Shown here: positions 1-10,063 of the stretch, piece after piece
Layout of the letters: every line of letters starts with the position of its first letter
How positions within the stretch are numbered: the stretch's first letter is position 1
The notes under the pieces: model-generated
What the model saw: the letters and a program-made list of their open reading frames with translations, nothing else
Database searches by the model: none
What the model was told of the DNA's origin: nothing
From: Syntrophorhabdaceae bacterium
Lineage (GTDB): Bacteria > Desulfobacterota > Syntrophorhabdia > Syntrophorhabdales > Syntrophorhabdaceae
DNA length: 64,000 bases
Assembly: GCA_963665295.1 (NCBI GenBank)
Contig: OY762209.1
Coordinates: 3,648,001-3,712,000 of the forward strand
Direction of reading: 5' to 3'
Program-made: the position numbers and the translations under genes

Positions 1-51
1 TTCCGGGAGATAATCCCTGAAGGCTCCAAAGAGCCTGAGTTCTATTTCCAT
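1..51 (-). CDS. MoaD/ThiS-family sulfur carrier, N-terminus only (runs off window)
   Basis: Manual translation from ATG at 51: MEIELRLFGAFRDYLPE, the typical ubiquitin-like MoaD/ThiS start. Directly downstream of the desulfurase operon; not in the ORF track. Confidence 0.7.
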   Translation of the reverse strand, partial: MEIELRLFGAFRDYLPE

Positions 52-79
52 CAATTCGAGAGACCCGAAGCCTTGAAAT

Positions 80-346
80 TCATTCTTTACCCGGACACGG
101 GAGGGCTTCGAAATCCTTCCCGTCAAAGAGGAAAAGTCTCTCGATCCTGAGGTCGCCGACGAAACGCATAGCTTCTTCCAGTTCGTCGTAGAGCCGTATG
201 CAGGAGCCGCAATCCGAGCTAAGGTTTCTCGGGATAGGCATCAGTTCGAAGCTACACCCTTGCTCGGTGAGTTTTTTCTCCGCCTTGAGTACATCATGGA
301 TTGTGGAGAATAGTAAGTAGTATGAGCGTTCGCTATCCTTGTCCAA
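80..346 (-). CDS. DUF3343-like putative Se/S carrier protein
   Basis: F-S-T-I-H..KAEKKL..MPIPRNLSSDCG pattern; likely TTG start at 346 overlapping the desulfurase stop. Confidence 0.75.
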   Translation of the reverse strand: MDKDSERSYYLLFSTIHDVLKAEKKLTEQGCSFELMPIPRNLSSDCGSCIRLYDELEEAMRFVGDLRIERLFLFDGKDFEALPCPGKE

Positions 347-1466
347 TTGCTTTGACCACCCCCAGAAATGCGGAAATATCCCGTCGTGTTGTGAAATAGC
401 CCGGAGAAACACGTACCGTTCCGTTGGGAAAGGTACCGATCGTTTTGTGAGCCGCGGGTGAGCAGTGAAGCCCCACGCGGACATAGATACCCTTTCTGTT
501 CAGCTCGTAGCCCACTTCAGAGGGCAGCCTGTCCGCCACGTTGAAGGAAATCACCGGGATGTTCGTGCCTTTCCCGTGGTTTCCGTAGACCGTTATGTTC
601 CCCGCATCTTGCAGACCCCGGAGGATACTCTTGACCAGGGTTCTCTCTTTTTTCGCTATTGTCTCCAATCCTGTGTTTTCAATGAAGGTAAGACTGCCCA
701 GAAGGGCGGCTATTCCGGGTGTATTGGGTGTGCCGCTTTCGTACTTGTCGGGAAGGAAAGCGGGCTGTTCCATGGATTCCGATCCGCTCCCCGTCCCTCC
801 GAATCTGAGTGGTGTAGGATCGACCCCTCTGTTCAGGTATAGCGCGCCGAGACCCTGCAAACCGTATAGTGATTTGTGGCAGGAGAAACAGAGGACGTCG
901 ATATGGTCCGCTTCCACGTCGATGGGGATGGACCCGATAGTCTGACAGGCGTCGACGATGAGAAGTATGTCGTTTGCGTACCCTTTGATGGGGTGTAGAT
1001 CCTGAACGGTCCCGGTTACGTTGGAACCATGGTTGACGATTATAGCCCGGGTGTTTTTCCGGATGAGGGCGCGGACACGGTCGGGGTCAAGTTCTCCCGA
1101 GGGTGAGCACCGGGCAATCGACACCTCAACCTTCCTGTGCTGTTGGAGAAAGGTGAGAGGCCTCATGACGGAGTTATGCTCCATTGAAGTGGTAATAACG
1201 TGGTCGGACTCGCCGATCAACCCCAGGATGGCGAGGTTGAGAGAATCCGTACCGTTCTGAGTGAAGATCATCCGTTCCGAATCGTGGCCGTTAACAAGCT
1301 TTGTCAACTTCTCCCTGGCCTGGAAAATGGTCCTTGCAGCGTCCACGGAAGCCTTATGACCGCCCCGGCCGGGATTGCCTCCTACGTTTCTGACGAAATC
1401 GTTCAAATATGTAGTCGTTTGACGCGGCTTTGGGTGCGATGTGGCGGAATTATCGAGATAAATCAT
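333..1466 (-). CDS. Cysteine desulfurase / selenocysteine lyase (aminotransferase class V)
   Basis: IYLDNSATS, EHNSV, PLP lysine in SCHKSL, catalytic RVGLHC. Confidence 0.93.
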   Translation of the reverse strand: MIYLDNSATSHPKPRQTTTYLNDFVRNVGGNPGRGGHKASVDAARTIFQAREKLTKLVNGHDSERMIFTQNGTDSLNLAILGLIGESDHVITTSMEHNSVMRPLTFLQQHRKVEVSIARCSPSGELDPDRVRALIRKNTRAIIVNHGSNVTGTVQDLHPIKGYANDILLIVDACQTIGSIPIDVEADHIDVLCFSCHKSLYGLQGLGALYLNRGVDPTPLRFGGTGSGSESMEQPAFLPDKYESGTPNTPGIAALLGSLTFIENTGLETIAKKERTLVKSILRGLQDAGNITVYGNHGKGTNIPVISFNVADRLPSEVGYELNRKGIYVRVGLHCSPAAHKTIGTFPNGTVRVSPGYFTTRRDISAFLGVVKAIGQG

Positions 1467-1543
1467 AGTTTATTGCGAAATGGGCCAACTCAAAGATACT
1501 GCGGGCGGCCGGGTTTCATGCCCCCTCTTAAAGATTACCTGAA

Positions 1544-2134
1544 TCAGGGTTTGATGACATTCGTGGCCTCGAGAAAGGAGGAGGCTATCTCATACATATT
1601 GCTTATACGGCCAACCGCGACCTTTTCCTTGATGTGGAAGAAATCAAGGCACAGTCCGCAGGCGAGGATATCCGCGCCGAGACCCGCCAATTCAGTGAGA
1701 AGGTTGACACACTCCGACCCTTCCGCAACCAGTTTGACCCCTCCATTCACAAAGACAACCCTCCAGGGTGTAACGTCGAGGTCCTTTAAGGTGCTAAGGA
1801 AGGATTTCATCAGGACTCTGCCTAATTCGTCGTCGCCCCGGCCGATAGTATCGCCATTGATGAAGACCAGGAGCTTTTTGCCCTGGACGCCGGTTTGCGT
1901 GTCGGACGAACCGGTCCTCGCCCCCTTGAGAATGTACTGTTTGCCGCCCCCCTCCTGTCCGGAGGTAACCGAAAAGCCACGGGAGGAAAGGAAACGCGTA
2001 ACGTTTCCCACGGCAACGTCATTGTCGAGGATTATCTCGATTTCGTCGACGGGATTCCCATCAAGGAACTTTTTTGTCTCCAGGACGGGGACGGGACATG
2101 TCATACCTTGCAGGTCAAGTCTGTTCACCTCCAT
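1544..2134 (-). CDS. yedF: Sulfurtransferase-like selenium metabolism protein YedF (TusA + DsrE-like domains)
   Basis: LDLQGMTCPVPV TusA motif; IGRGDDELGRVLMKSF and ACGLCL DsrE-like domain. Confidence 0.88.
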   Translation of the reverse strand: MEVNRLDLQGMTCPVPVLETKKFLDGNPVDEIEIILDNDVAVGNVTRFLSSRGFSVTSGQEGGGKQYILKGARTGSSDTQTGVQGKKLLVFINGDTIGRGDDELGRVLMKSFLSTLKDLDVTPWRVVFVNGGVKLVAEGSECVNLLTELAGLGADILACGLCLDFFHIKEKVAVGRISNMYEIASSFLEATNVIKP

Positions 2135-2558
2135 ATTATAAGGGAATATTTCCCATCACGCAAATGAATAGTACGAATGTGTAGAGACCATTCATGCAAT
2201 GAATGAATTACAACCATCTCCGATGTGTATACAAAAGTCAACAACTTGTTGCTTTTTAACGATTGTTTTGTTATAAATACATTGTTAGACAGGGATCGAA
2301 GGCGCTCCCTGTGTTCAAAATCACAACCGCTTGGCTAAAGAGGACCGGTTGTTGTCATGCGGTGTAAGAGATCTATGGGTCATGGCATTGAGGCCTCAAA
2401 GAAAGAAACGCTTTGAACATTTCGTCCCGGTGGGCGGGATCACCTGCCGACATTCCACAACCATATAACGGAAGACAGCTATAACGCATATCCTGCGTGA
2501 TTCTCGAAGGGGGTCACTGGTACGGATGATGTGCGGATATCTTAATAGGAGGTTAGTC

Positions 2559-3836
2559 ATGAGTAAGGTAGAGGTTTTTGAGAACAGACCGCCCGTTCTG
2601 GGAATTAACGGAATGGGCAGAATCGGAAAGCTGAGTCTGTGGCACCATATCGGCAGGAAGTACTTCAAGGAGATCGTGGTAAACCCGGGTCGGGAGGTAG
2701 GGAAGGACCTGTCTGCAATAGCCCAGCTTATCGAGAAAGATGCCACATATGGACTGCTTCACAAGTTTCTTTATGGCATAAAGGCAGAGCGCCTTATTGA
2801 GATAGTTGATGATAAGAACGGCAAGTTGCTGATCGACGGAATCCCGGTAACGGTGCTCCGGGAAGCAAGGAACCCGAAGGACATCCGATGGCGCGACTAC
2901 GGTGTTGAGATTGTTGCGGAATGTACCGGCAAATTCGGAGACCCTACGGTAGCGCCCGACAGTGAAAAAGGGTCCATCAAGGGGCACCTGGAAAGCGGCG
3001 CGAGGGTAGTCATCAACTCTTCTGCCTTCAAGATCAAGAACAAGGCCCTGTCCATGCCGGATGACGCGGTAACACTCATTTACGGCATCAACCACCACGC
3101 CTTTGACCCGAAAAAGCACAGGCTCATATCGGCTGCCTCCTGCACGACCACTGGACTTGCCCACATGGTAAAACCGCTCCTTGACAACGAGGATACGAGC
3201 ATGATCCTTACCGCCTCCATGTCTACGGTGCATGCGGTGACAAACACCCAGAGCGTGCTCGACAATGTGCCCAAGGCCGGAGAGAAGGACCTGCGGAAAA
3301 ACAGGAGTATTCTGAATAACATCATTCTTACGTCTACCAACGCAGCCGACGCGCTGGCGCAGGTAATCCCACAGGTGAAGGATATAGGCTTTATGGCGGA
3401 TTCCATTCGGGTCCCGACCACCACGGAGTCGCTGATAGTGCTGAACGCCACTTTCCAGCCCAGGATGAGCAAGGATAAAGCCGCGTCTTCGATTACCACG
3501 AAGACGATCAACGACCTTTATAAGCGGGTTTCGGACAACGATCCCGAGCGGTTGGTGCGCTACACGGAGGAACAGAATGTGTCAACCGACCTGATAGGGG
3601 TGAATGCTGCGATTGTCATAGAAGGGCAGTTTAACCATAGCCGTATCGCCTTTATGTCGATCGATCTGTCACAGGTGCCCGACATTCCTGATGCACTGGT
3701 TCAGGCCCTTAAGAGCCAGCAGATCAAGGTTCCTGTGGTCCATGCCAAGATTTTCGGATGGTACGATAACGAATATGGAAGCTATACAAACAGGATGGGC
3801 GACTTGACTGTATACGCCCACAAAACGCTATTGTAA
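2559..3836 (+). CDS. gap: Glyceraldehyde-3-phosphate dehydrogenase family protein, long divergent form (425 aa)
   Basis: GINGMGRIG Rossmann motif, ASCTT catalytic Cys, RVPT, WYDNE; AGGAGG RBS before ATG 2559. Confidence 0.85.
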   Translation: MSKVEVFENRPPVLGINGMGRIGKLSLWHHIGRKYFKEIVVNPGREVGKDLSAIAQLIEKDATYGLLHKFLYGIKAERLIEIVDDKNGKLLIDGIPVTVLREARNPKDIRWRDYGVEIVAECTGKFGDPTVAPDSEKGSIKGHLESGARVVINSSAFKIKNKALSMPDDAVTLIYGINHHAFDPKKHRLISAASCTTTGLAHMVKPLLDNEDTSMILTASMSTVHAVTNTQSVLDNVPKAGEKDLRKNRSILNNIILTSTNAADALAQVIPQVKDIGFMADSIRVPTTTESLIVLNATFQPRMSKDKAASSITTKTINDLYKRVSDNDPERLVRYTEEQNVSTDLIGVNAAIVIEGQFNHSRIAFMSIDLSQVPDIPDALVQALKSQQIKVPVVHAKIFGWYDNEYGSYTNRMGDLTVYAHKTLL

Positions 3837-3843
3837 ATTGAGA

Positions 3844-3888
3844 CCGGGTTTCGTATTTCAGACGCGTCAGGCGTAGTGCGAAACCCGG
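3844..3888. terminator. Hairpin between convergent genes
   Basis: CCGGGTTTCG...CGAAACCCGG perfect 10-bp inverted repeat. Confidence 0.6.
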
Positions 3889-3914
3889 ATACGTGTGCTG
3901 TCGTTGTGGGCCCG

Positions 3915-6900
3915 TCAGAGGGTTATTCTAAAAGGTTCCTCGGATTTGCTTTCGTGACTCCCCAGATAGACCGAACCGCTCCAGCCGTCGATGCTTATGA
4001 AGTCGCCTCCCTTGATAACGTGATTGTCGATCAGGCTGTAGCCCTCAGCCTCGTAGACCCGGAGTTTGTTGAACCCCACCACGCCCACCTTGTTGAGTTG
4101 GGGTATGGTGACGGCCGCATGAGACGTGCCGCCGCCCTTCGCGGTGAGAATACCCTCGACCTGCAGGATAACACCCACGTCTTCCGAAACGGTGTCAGGC
4201 CGTATGAGAATGAGTTTTGTTCCAGGTTCCCGCTGACGGTAGTACTTGATCTCCTCCTCGGAGTAGACAGCCCTCCCTGAGAGCGCTCCGCCGCTCACTC
4301 CTATACCGGCGCCGATCAAGGATTCCTGGAGGGACGGAGCGTCGCGGAATATCCTGAGCCCCCGTGCCTCAGTCTGAGTCATATCCCTGGTCTGGAGAAT
4401 GTGAAGTCCATCCCTCGTGGGGCTTTCAAAAGTGAACTCTATTTCCTGATGGTGGAATCCTTTTTCGTAGATGATAATGTCCGCGAGCCTTACGAGTTCT
4501 TTGTAAATGTCGGGGAAACGTTCCTCAAGGGAGATTGCGGACCCCCTTCGTTCGGCGATCCTCTGGTTCCGGGAAATAGGGTAGGTCTCCACCAGACCCG
4601 ACACGATGTCGTCTCCCTGAACGCCGAAGATAAAATCGCCATACAAGGCGACCTCGGATGAGGACCCTTTCGGGTTCCTGGTGAAGATTACCCCTGACCC
4701 GGAGTCTTCGTTGAGGTTTCCGAATACCATGGCCTGCACTATTACCGCAGTGCCCCATTCATTGGAGAGATGCATTTCACGGCGATAGATCGTCGCCTGC
4801 TCCGAATACCATGACGCAAACACTTGAAGGATCGCTTTTTGGAGCTGCTCCGAAGGGTTATCGGTGACGTCTATCCCCCTTTCGCTCATGGCGCGCTTAT
4901 AGGACAAGGCGATCTGCCTCATTTGCTCGGCGTTGAACTGTATCTTCCTGTCGATATTGTATTTGAATTTGAAATCGCTGATAATCCTGTCGAAAAAGTT
5001 ACGGTCGAGATTCTGGAACATACCCCAGGTCTGGAGAAACCGCCTGTAGGAATCCCATGCGGCCCACTCGAATCCCTTCTTCTTGCTGAGACCTTCCGCA
5101 ATGGCTTCGTTGATACCTACGTTGAGAAATGAATGCATCATGCCCGGAAGAGAGATGGTGGCGCCGCTCCTCACGGAGAGAAGGAGAGGGTTTTCGGGGT
5201 CGCCGTATTTCTTTCCCACCACTTTTTCGAGCTTGAGTATCTCACTGTTGATCCGGTAGGCCATATCATTGAAGATGTACTTGTACCCTAAAACCGCCTC
5301 ATAGCTTCTGAATACCTCGGTGGTGATGATGAAGCCGGGTGGGATAGGGAAATTAAGAGCGGCAAGCTCCTTGAGAAAATACCCTTTGTTCCCGATGAGG
5401 ATCTGGTTGTCGATGTGCACGTTCCTCTTGTAGATGGGGGAGATTGTCAATTCAGGCGTGTAGGCCATCACAAGATTAAGAATCTGTTTGTTATCTTTGA
5501 ATTTTTCAAGCTCTGCATTGAGGGTGCTTATGATTGCGTTGACCAGATTGTCGAGTACCTGCAGGCCGAAGGACGAGGAGATAATCGACCTGAAGAAATC
5601 TTCCGAGGCCTGGTACACTGCCTGCTGGTCTCCACCCGCGGGGGGAGGGGCCGTTTCCGTCTTGCCTGTGAATTCCTGATTCTGACGGATGATAATAGGG
5701 AGATTAAGGCTGTGGGCGTCAATGTAATAGTCTTTTATGATGTCTCGTATCCCTTTCGAGATAAACTGGAAAATGTCGATGTACTGGTCTACGGAGAACT
5801 GCTTGAGTTGAAGGGCACTGGTAATGTATTTCATTTTGGAGACAAGGCCTTCGGTGGCGATGCCTTCAAGTTCCAGGGCCTTCACGTAGAGCCACAGGTA
5901 CCTGTGGATTCTCGTAAGGGTGCTCTTGGTGATGAACTTAAGATTAAGGGACTGTATCAATTCCTCGAAGAGGGTGGTGGCATAGTTCTCAAGGCGGAAA
6001 GAAAGTCCCACGGCTTCGAACTTCTCTTCCTGGTACGTGCCGTACATGGACGGAATACCTGCGGCTATGTGCCGTTTATGGTAGATGTTTTCGAAATAAG
6101 CTGTCTTTTTCGGTGACGTGATTCTCTCCTTCAGGGCGGAAAGGAAGCCGAGGATGATCACGAGGCTCTGATAATAGTTTTTGCCGTGGATGTGCCTCTT
6201 GAGGGAACGGATCTTGGGTAGGCTGAAGATGCCTGTCGTTTCAAGGTCCTTGAGTAAATCGATAGGGAGAAAATTATACTTTTTGTAGAGAAGCTGATAA
6301 AGCCTGATTATGAGTTGTGCACGCTCCCTGTCCCGTTCGGGAGCGCCCTTTATGTGCTGTATCTCCCTTTGAGTCCTGGCCATATCCCAGTTGAGAAATT
6401 CAAGAGGATCGCCGTGTATCTTAGGAAAAACTACTGCAAATATCGTGTGCATCCCGTCGAAATACTCGCCCTCGCTCTCCACCTGATCGAAGACCTCGGA
6501 AGGGAGGTGACCCTTGATGAACTTCTTGTCCCCTGTATCCCAGAACCGGAAAATATCCTCTACAAAGGTTACGAGCAGGCTGTTGCTCTCCACGTGCGAT
6601 TGTTTGCGGAGATAGAAGACCAGTTTGTCGTTTCTCCGGGACAGCTCGTCAACCTTGGTGGAAGTCTCCCGGAGCTCTCCTTCTGCACCTATCTCGCTAA
6701 AATATATGGGGAATATCCTGAGTAGCTGCTTCACGAGATTGTACGCAGGCTGGATGTCGGAATTCAGGAGGCCCGATATATCTTTTTGGAGCAGGTCTGT
6801 GTCCTTTACAAAAACCCCGCCGGTCTTCAGATTGATGATGAGAGCGGACAGCAGTCTTTTGGCCCACCTCGGCCTCAAGGCAATAATGCCGAGCCACGAG

Positions 6901-8135
6901 CGGATGTTCATGATGTGGGAAGGGTTCACCTTTACCTGCCATTCCGTGGTGGAACCCGCAACTTCGGGGTGCTGAAACCCGAAAAGAACCAACTCTTCGA
7001 TCATGGTGTCCACAAGGGGGTGATTCCCTTGATCGAATACCTCCTTGGCTAGGGTGGTGATGCAATCGATTACCGCGCCGCTGTGCTCGGGCGACGTGCT
7101 TCTTTTGAGGAGAGAGAAGACCTTCTTCACAAAATCCTTGAGGTTCCCCTTGTCCTCTTCCTTGAAGACCATTCTGAGACACCTGTTGATCTCCTGGAGA
7201 AGGTGATTGTGCATATCCGAGAGTCCTGAGACGCCCATCATGCTAAAAAGGAAATCAAGTTTCACAATATGCTGGCGGCCGAAGAAGCCCTGGGATCGTT
7301 CGAGCTTGTCGGCGACCAGGAAATAGCCGTTTACTATCTGGGTGTCGTCGGGCATGGCAAGATAGGCTGTGACTCGGTCTGCCTCAACTGGAAAGGTTCC
7401 CGCGGCCGTATCATCCAGTCTGGCAAGAAGGATTTTAAGGTTCTCATGGCTTAAAGGGCGGACAAGGTCCTCGAAGGTGCGCGCCACCTCGTCGTCCTCC
7501 GTCCCCGGCGCGAACCAGCAGGCCGGGTCCGGCTGGGTAAGCCAGAAGAGATATGTTTCCCTGAAGAAATCGTGGAGCAGCAAGTCAAGGGATTCCAGGG
7601 GAATGACAACGTCCGCCTGGGCTGCGGACTTCACGAGGTTCTTCATATAGGTGGAGCTTTTACGAAAGAGAACGCCCCCTTCGCTGTATGCCTTTCGCAG
7701 GGATTGAGTGAAGAGAGGGAAAAGGGCGAGGTTCCGTGGGAGAAGGTCCCGGCTGCCCTCCACGATAGTCACCATGTAGTCAAATGCATAACGAATCGCC
7801 GTGTCCTTGATCCCTTCACCTGGAGCAGAGGCAATGATATCAAAATAGATGTCGAGGATGATGCCCAGGGCCTTCAGCCCGTCGGCATGCATGTTGACTT
7901 CATAGAAGTCGCCTATGGAAAGCGTCCTGAGTTCCTTAAGAACGTACTCCCAGTTGACGTAAGGGTGATTGAGTTCAATGAGGAGGTCGCTTGTGCGCCT
8001 GGAAACACCATAGTGACTTTCCACGGCCTGGAGGAGGGGTCCGTACTTCTCGGGGATTTCCACCTTTGCAGCGGTCCTCTCCAGGTTCACTTCCAAAGCT
8101 GATGACTTCAAGGTCTTCAACTGCGATTCATCCAT
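3915..8135 (-). CDS. Large PPDK-like dikinase (about 900-aa unknown N-terminus + ATP-grasp domain + phospho-His domain, no C-terminal barrel)
   Basis: IGNKG..PIPPGFIITT, PLLLSVRSGATISLPGMM, VQAMVFGN, GGGTSHAAV; protein ends shortly after the His domain. Confidence 0.8.
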   Translation of the reverse strand: MDESQLKTLKSSALEVNLERTAAKVEIPEKYGPLLQAVESHYGVSRRTSDLLIELNHPYVNWEYVLKELRTLSIGDFYEVNMHADGLKALGIILDIYFDIIASAPGEGIKDTAIRYAFDYMVTIVEGSRDLLPRNLALFPLFTQSLRKAYSEGGVLFRKSSTYMKNLVKSAAQADVVIPLESLDLLLHDFFRETYLFWLTQPDPACWFAPGTEDDEVARTFEDLVRPLSHENLKILLARLDDTAAGTFPVEADRVTAYLAMPDDTQIVNGYFLVADKLERSQGFFGRQHIVKLDFLFSMMGVSGLSDMHNHLLQEINRCLRMVFKEEDKGNLKDFVKKVFSLLKRSTSPEHSGAVIDCITTLAKEVFDQGNHPLVDTMIEELVLFGFQHPEVAGSTTEWQVKVNPSHIMNIRSWLGIIALRPRWAKRLLSALIINLKTGGVFVKDTDLLQKDISGLLNSDIQPAYNLVKQLLRIFPIYFSEIGAEGELRETSTKVDELSRRNDKLVFYLRKQSHVESNSLLVTFVEDIFRFWDTGDKKFIKGHLPSEVFDQVESEGEYFDGMHTIFAVVFPKIHGDPLEFLNWDMARTQREIQHIKGAPERDRERAQLIIRLYQLLYKKYNFLPIDLLKDLETTGIFSLPKIRSLKRHIHGKNYYQSLVIILGFLSALKERITSPKKTAYFENIYHKRHIAAGIPSMYGTYQEEKFEAVGLSFRLENYATTLFEELIQSLNLKFITKSTLTRIHRYLWLYVKALELEGIATEGLVSKMKYITSALQLKQFSVDQYIDIFQFISKGIRDIIKDYYIDAHSLNLPIIIRQNQEFTGKTETAPPPAGGDQQAVYQASEDFFRSIISSSFGLQVLDNLVNAIISTLNAELEKFKDNKQILNLVMAYTPELTISPIYKRNVHIDNQILIGNKGYFLKELAALNFPIPPGFIITTEVFRSYEAVLGYKYIFNDMAYRINSEILKLEKVVGKKYGDPENPLLLSVRSGATISLPGMMHSFLNVGINEAIAEGLSKKKGFEWAAWDSYRRFLQTWGMFQNLDRNFFDRIISDFKFKYNIDRKIQFNAEQMRQIALSYKRAMSERGIDVTDNPSEQLQKAILQVFASWYSEQATIYRREMHLSNEWGTAVIVQAMVFGNLNEDSGSGVIFTRNPKGSSSEVALYGDFIFGVQGDDIVSGLVETYPISRNQRIAERRGSAISLEERFPDIYKELVRLADIIIYEKGFHHQEIEFTFESPTRDGLHILQTRDMTQTEARGLRIFRDAPSLQESLIGAGIGVSGGALSGRAVYSEEEIKYYRQREPGTKLILIRPDTVSEDVGVILQVEGILTAKGGGTSHAAVTIPQLNKVGVVGFNKLRVYEAEGYSLIDNHVIKGGDFISIDGWSGSVYLGSHESKSEEPFRITL

Positions 8136-8189
8136 GGGTCCACCTCTTTTGACCGGCAGGTCCACTGCCCGATTGAGTGACCGACAAAG

Positions 8190-8219
8190 AAAAAAAAGGG
8201 GGGTGGTATAGACCACCCC
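8190..8219 (-). terminator. Rho-independent terminator after etfA
   Basis: GGGGTGGT/ACCACCCC stem followed by a T8 tract on the minus strand. Confidence 0.8.
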
Positions 8220-8242
8220 GCCTCATCTCGGTTACTTCACCG

Positions 8243-9229
8243 TTACTTGCTAAGCTTGTTCTTGAAAATCTCAACCAGTTTCGGGACCATCTGGTTGTAG
8301 TCAGCGATAATGCCGAAGCTCGCTGCCTTGAAGATCGGGGCATCGGGATCCTTGTTGATCGCAACGATGTAATCGGATGTCCTCATGCCCGCGAGATGCT
8401 GTATGGCGCCGGAGATGCCGCAAGCGATGTATATCTTCGGTTTTACGGTCTTGCCTGTCTGGCCGACCTGATGTTCCTGAGGTATCCAGCCTGAATCGAC
8501 GGCTGCACGGGAAGCGCCTACTGCGCCGCCGAGTACGTCTGCAAGCTGTCTGATAACGTCAAACCCTTCGGGTTTGCCCAAACCTCTGCCGCCTGACACG
8601 ATAATGTCGGCTTCGACGAGGTTGACTGACGTCGCGGACTTGATGAACTCAAGTACCTTGGTGTTCAGTTCTTCTTCGGCGACTGCGAAGGACTCTTTGA
8701 CCGTCTCGCCGCTCTTGGATGCATCCTTCTCGGCCGGGGCGAATGCTTTCGGCCTGACGGTTGCGATCTGGGGCTGCGCCTTCTCGTTCACTACGGTGAC
8801 GGTGAAGTTTCCGCCAAAGGCTGCTCTCGTCATTTTCAGTTTGCCGCCGTCAACTGCAAGGCCTATGGTGTCGGTGCAAAGCCCGCTCTGAAGCAGCGCG
8901 GCTGCAGCAGCCGAAACATCGGTGCCCTGGCTGGTGGCCCTGAAAAGAGCGACTTCCGGTTTGTACTTCTCAAGCAGGAAGGCCGCGGCTTTGGCATACG
9001 CATCCGGCCTGAATCCTTTGAAGACCGCCCCATCCACGGTGTACACTTTTGAAGCGCCATAGTAGAACGCTTCTGTCGCAATGCTGTCAACGTTTTCCCC
9101 TATGACAAAGGCGCATAGATTGGAGCCCAGGTCACCCGCCAACTTTTTGCCGATGCCCAGAAGCTCAAAGGACATGGGGGAAATATCTTCGTACTTATGT
9201 TCTATATATACCCATACATCGTTAGCCAT
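8243..9229 (-). CDS. etfA: Electron transfer flavoprotein alpha subunit
   Basis: [40 protein letters not shown]. Confidence 0.96.
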   Translation of the reverse strand: MANDVWVYIEHKYEDISPMSFELLGIGKKLAGDLGSNLCAFVIGENVDSIATEAFYYGASKVYTVDGAVFKGFRPDAYAKAAAFLLEKYKPEVALFRATSQGTDVSAAAAALLQSGLCTDTIGLAVDGGKLKMTRAAFGGNFTVTVVNEKAQPQIATVRPKAFAPAEKDASKSGETVKESFAVAEEELNTKVLEFIKSATSVNLVEADIIVSGGRGLGKPEGFDVIRQLADVLGGAVGASRAAVDSGWIPQEHQVGQTGKTVKPKIYIACGISGAIQHLAGMRTSDYIVAINKDPDAPIFKAASFGIIADYNQMVPKLVEIFKNKLSK

Positions 9230-9247
9230 TGTAGTCCCTCCATCCGG

Positions 9248-10045
9248 TTATTTTATAATTTTCAAGTCTATCAGTTTATCCACGAGTGAAGCTGCCACTT
9301 CATCAATTTCACCCTTAAGAATCTCACCGGCCCCTCTTGGAGGCGGTACGGCGATCTCAACGACCTTCGTAGATGAACCGTCAGTTCCCACCTTGCTCTT
9401 GTCGACTCCGAGATCATCGGCGGTCCACTGGGGAATGGCAATTTTGGAAGCTTTCCTGATGCCCATGAGGTTGGGCAGCCGGGGCTCGTTGATACCCTTG
9501 ATGACCGATACGACTGCGGGCAGTTTCGCCTCGACAACTTCAATACCGCCTTCAATGGCTCTTTCGACAACGATCTTCTTTGCTCCTGCGTCGATGGAAC
9601 GGACCTTGGAGACAAAAGTCAACTGGCTGAAACCGAGAACCGTTGCAAGTGAGGCTCCGAGGACGCCCGTGTTGCCATCAGTCGACTGTTTTCCGCAGAA
9701 GACCACGTCCACATCGCCTATCTTCTTGATGCCGGCGGCAAGCACAAGCGCGGTGGCGTATGTATCCGAACCCGCAAATGCGGGATCCGTAAGCTGATAC
9801 ACTGAATTTACTGTCAGGGCAAGGGCGTTTCTCAGGACGTCGGCGGCCTTTTCCGGACCCATTGTGATTGCGATGATCTCGCCGTCATAGTTTTCCTTTG
9901 TGAGAAGGGCTTCTTCCAGTGCGAACTCATCGAACGGGTTGGTTATTGAATCCATTCCGTCTCTTTTCAGCATGCCCTTTGGAATGTCCCATTTCACCTC
10001 AGCTTCGGTGTCGGGAACCTGTTTTATACACGCTACTATTTTCAC
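9248..10045 (-). CDS. etfB: Electron transfer flavoprotein beta subunit
   Basis: MKIVACIKQVPD, NPFDEFALEEA, GKQSTDG, INEPRLP. Confidence 0.96.
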   Translation of the reverse strand: MKIVACIKQVPDTEAEVKWDIPKGMLKRDGMDSITNPFDEFALEEALLTKENYDGEIIAITMGPEKAADVLRNALALTVNSVYQLTDPAFAGSDTYATALVLAAGIKKIGDVDVVFCGKQSTDGNTGVLGASLATVLGFSQLTFVSKVRSIDAGAKKIVVERAIEGGIEVVEAKLPAVVSVIKGINEPRLPNLMGIRKASKIAIPQWTADDLGVDKSKVGTDGSSTKVVEIAVPPPRGAGEILKGEIDEVAASLVDKLIDLKIIK

Positions 10046-10063
10046 AGTGTCCTCCTTGGTGTT

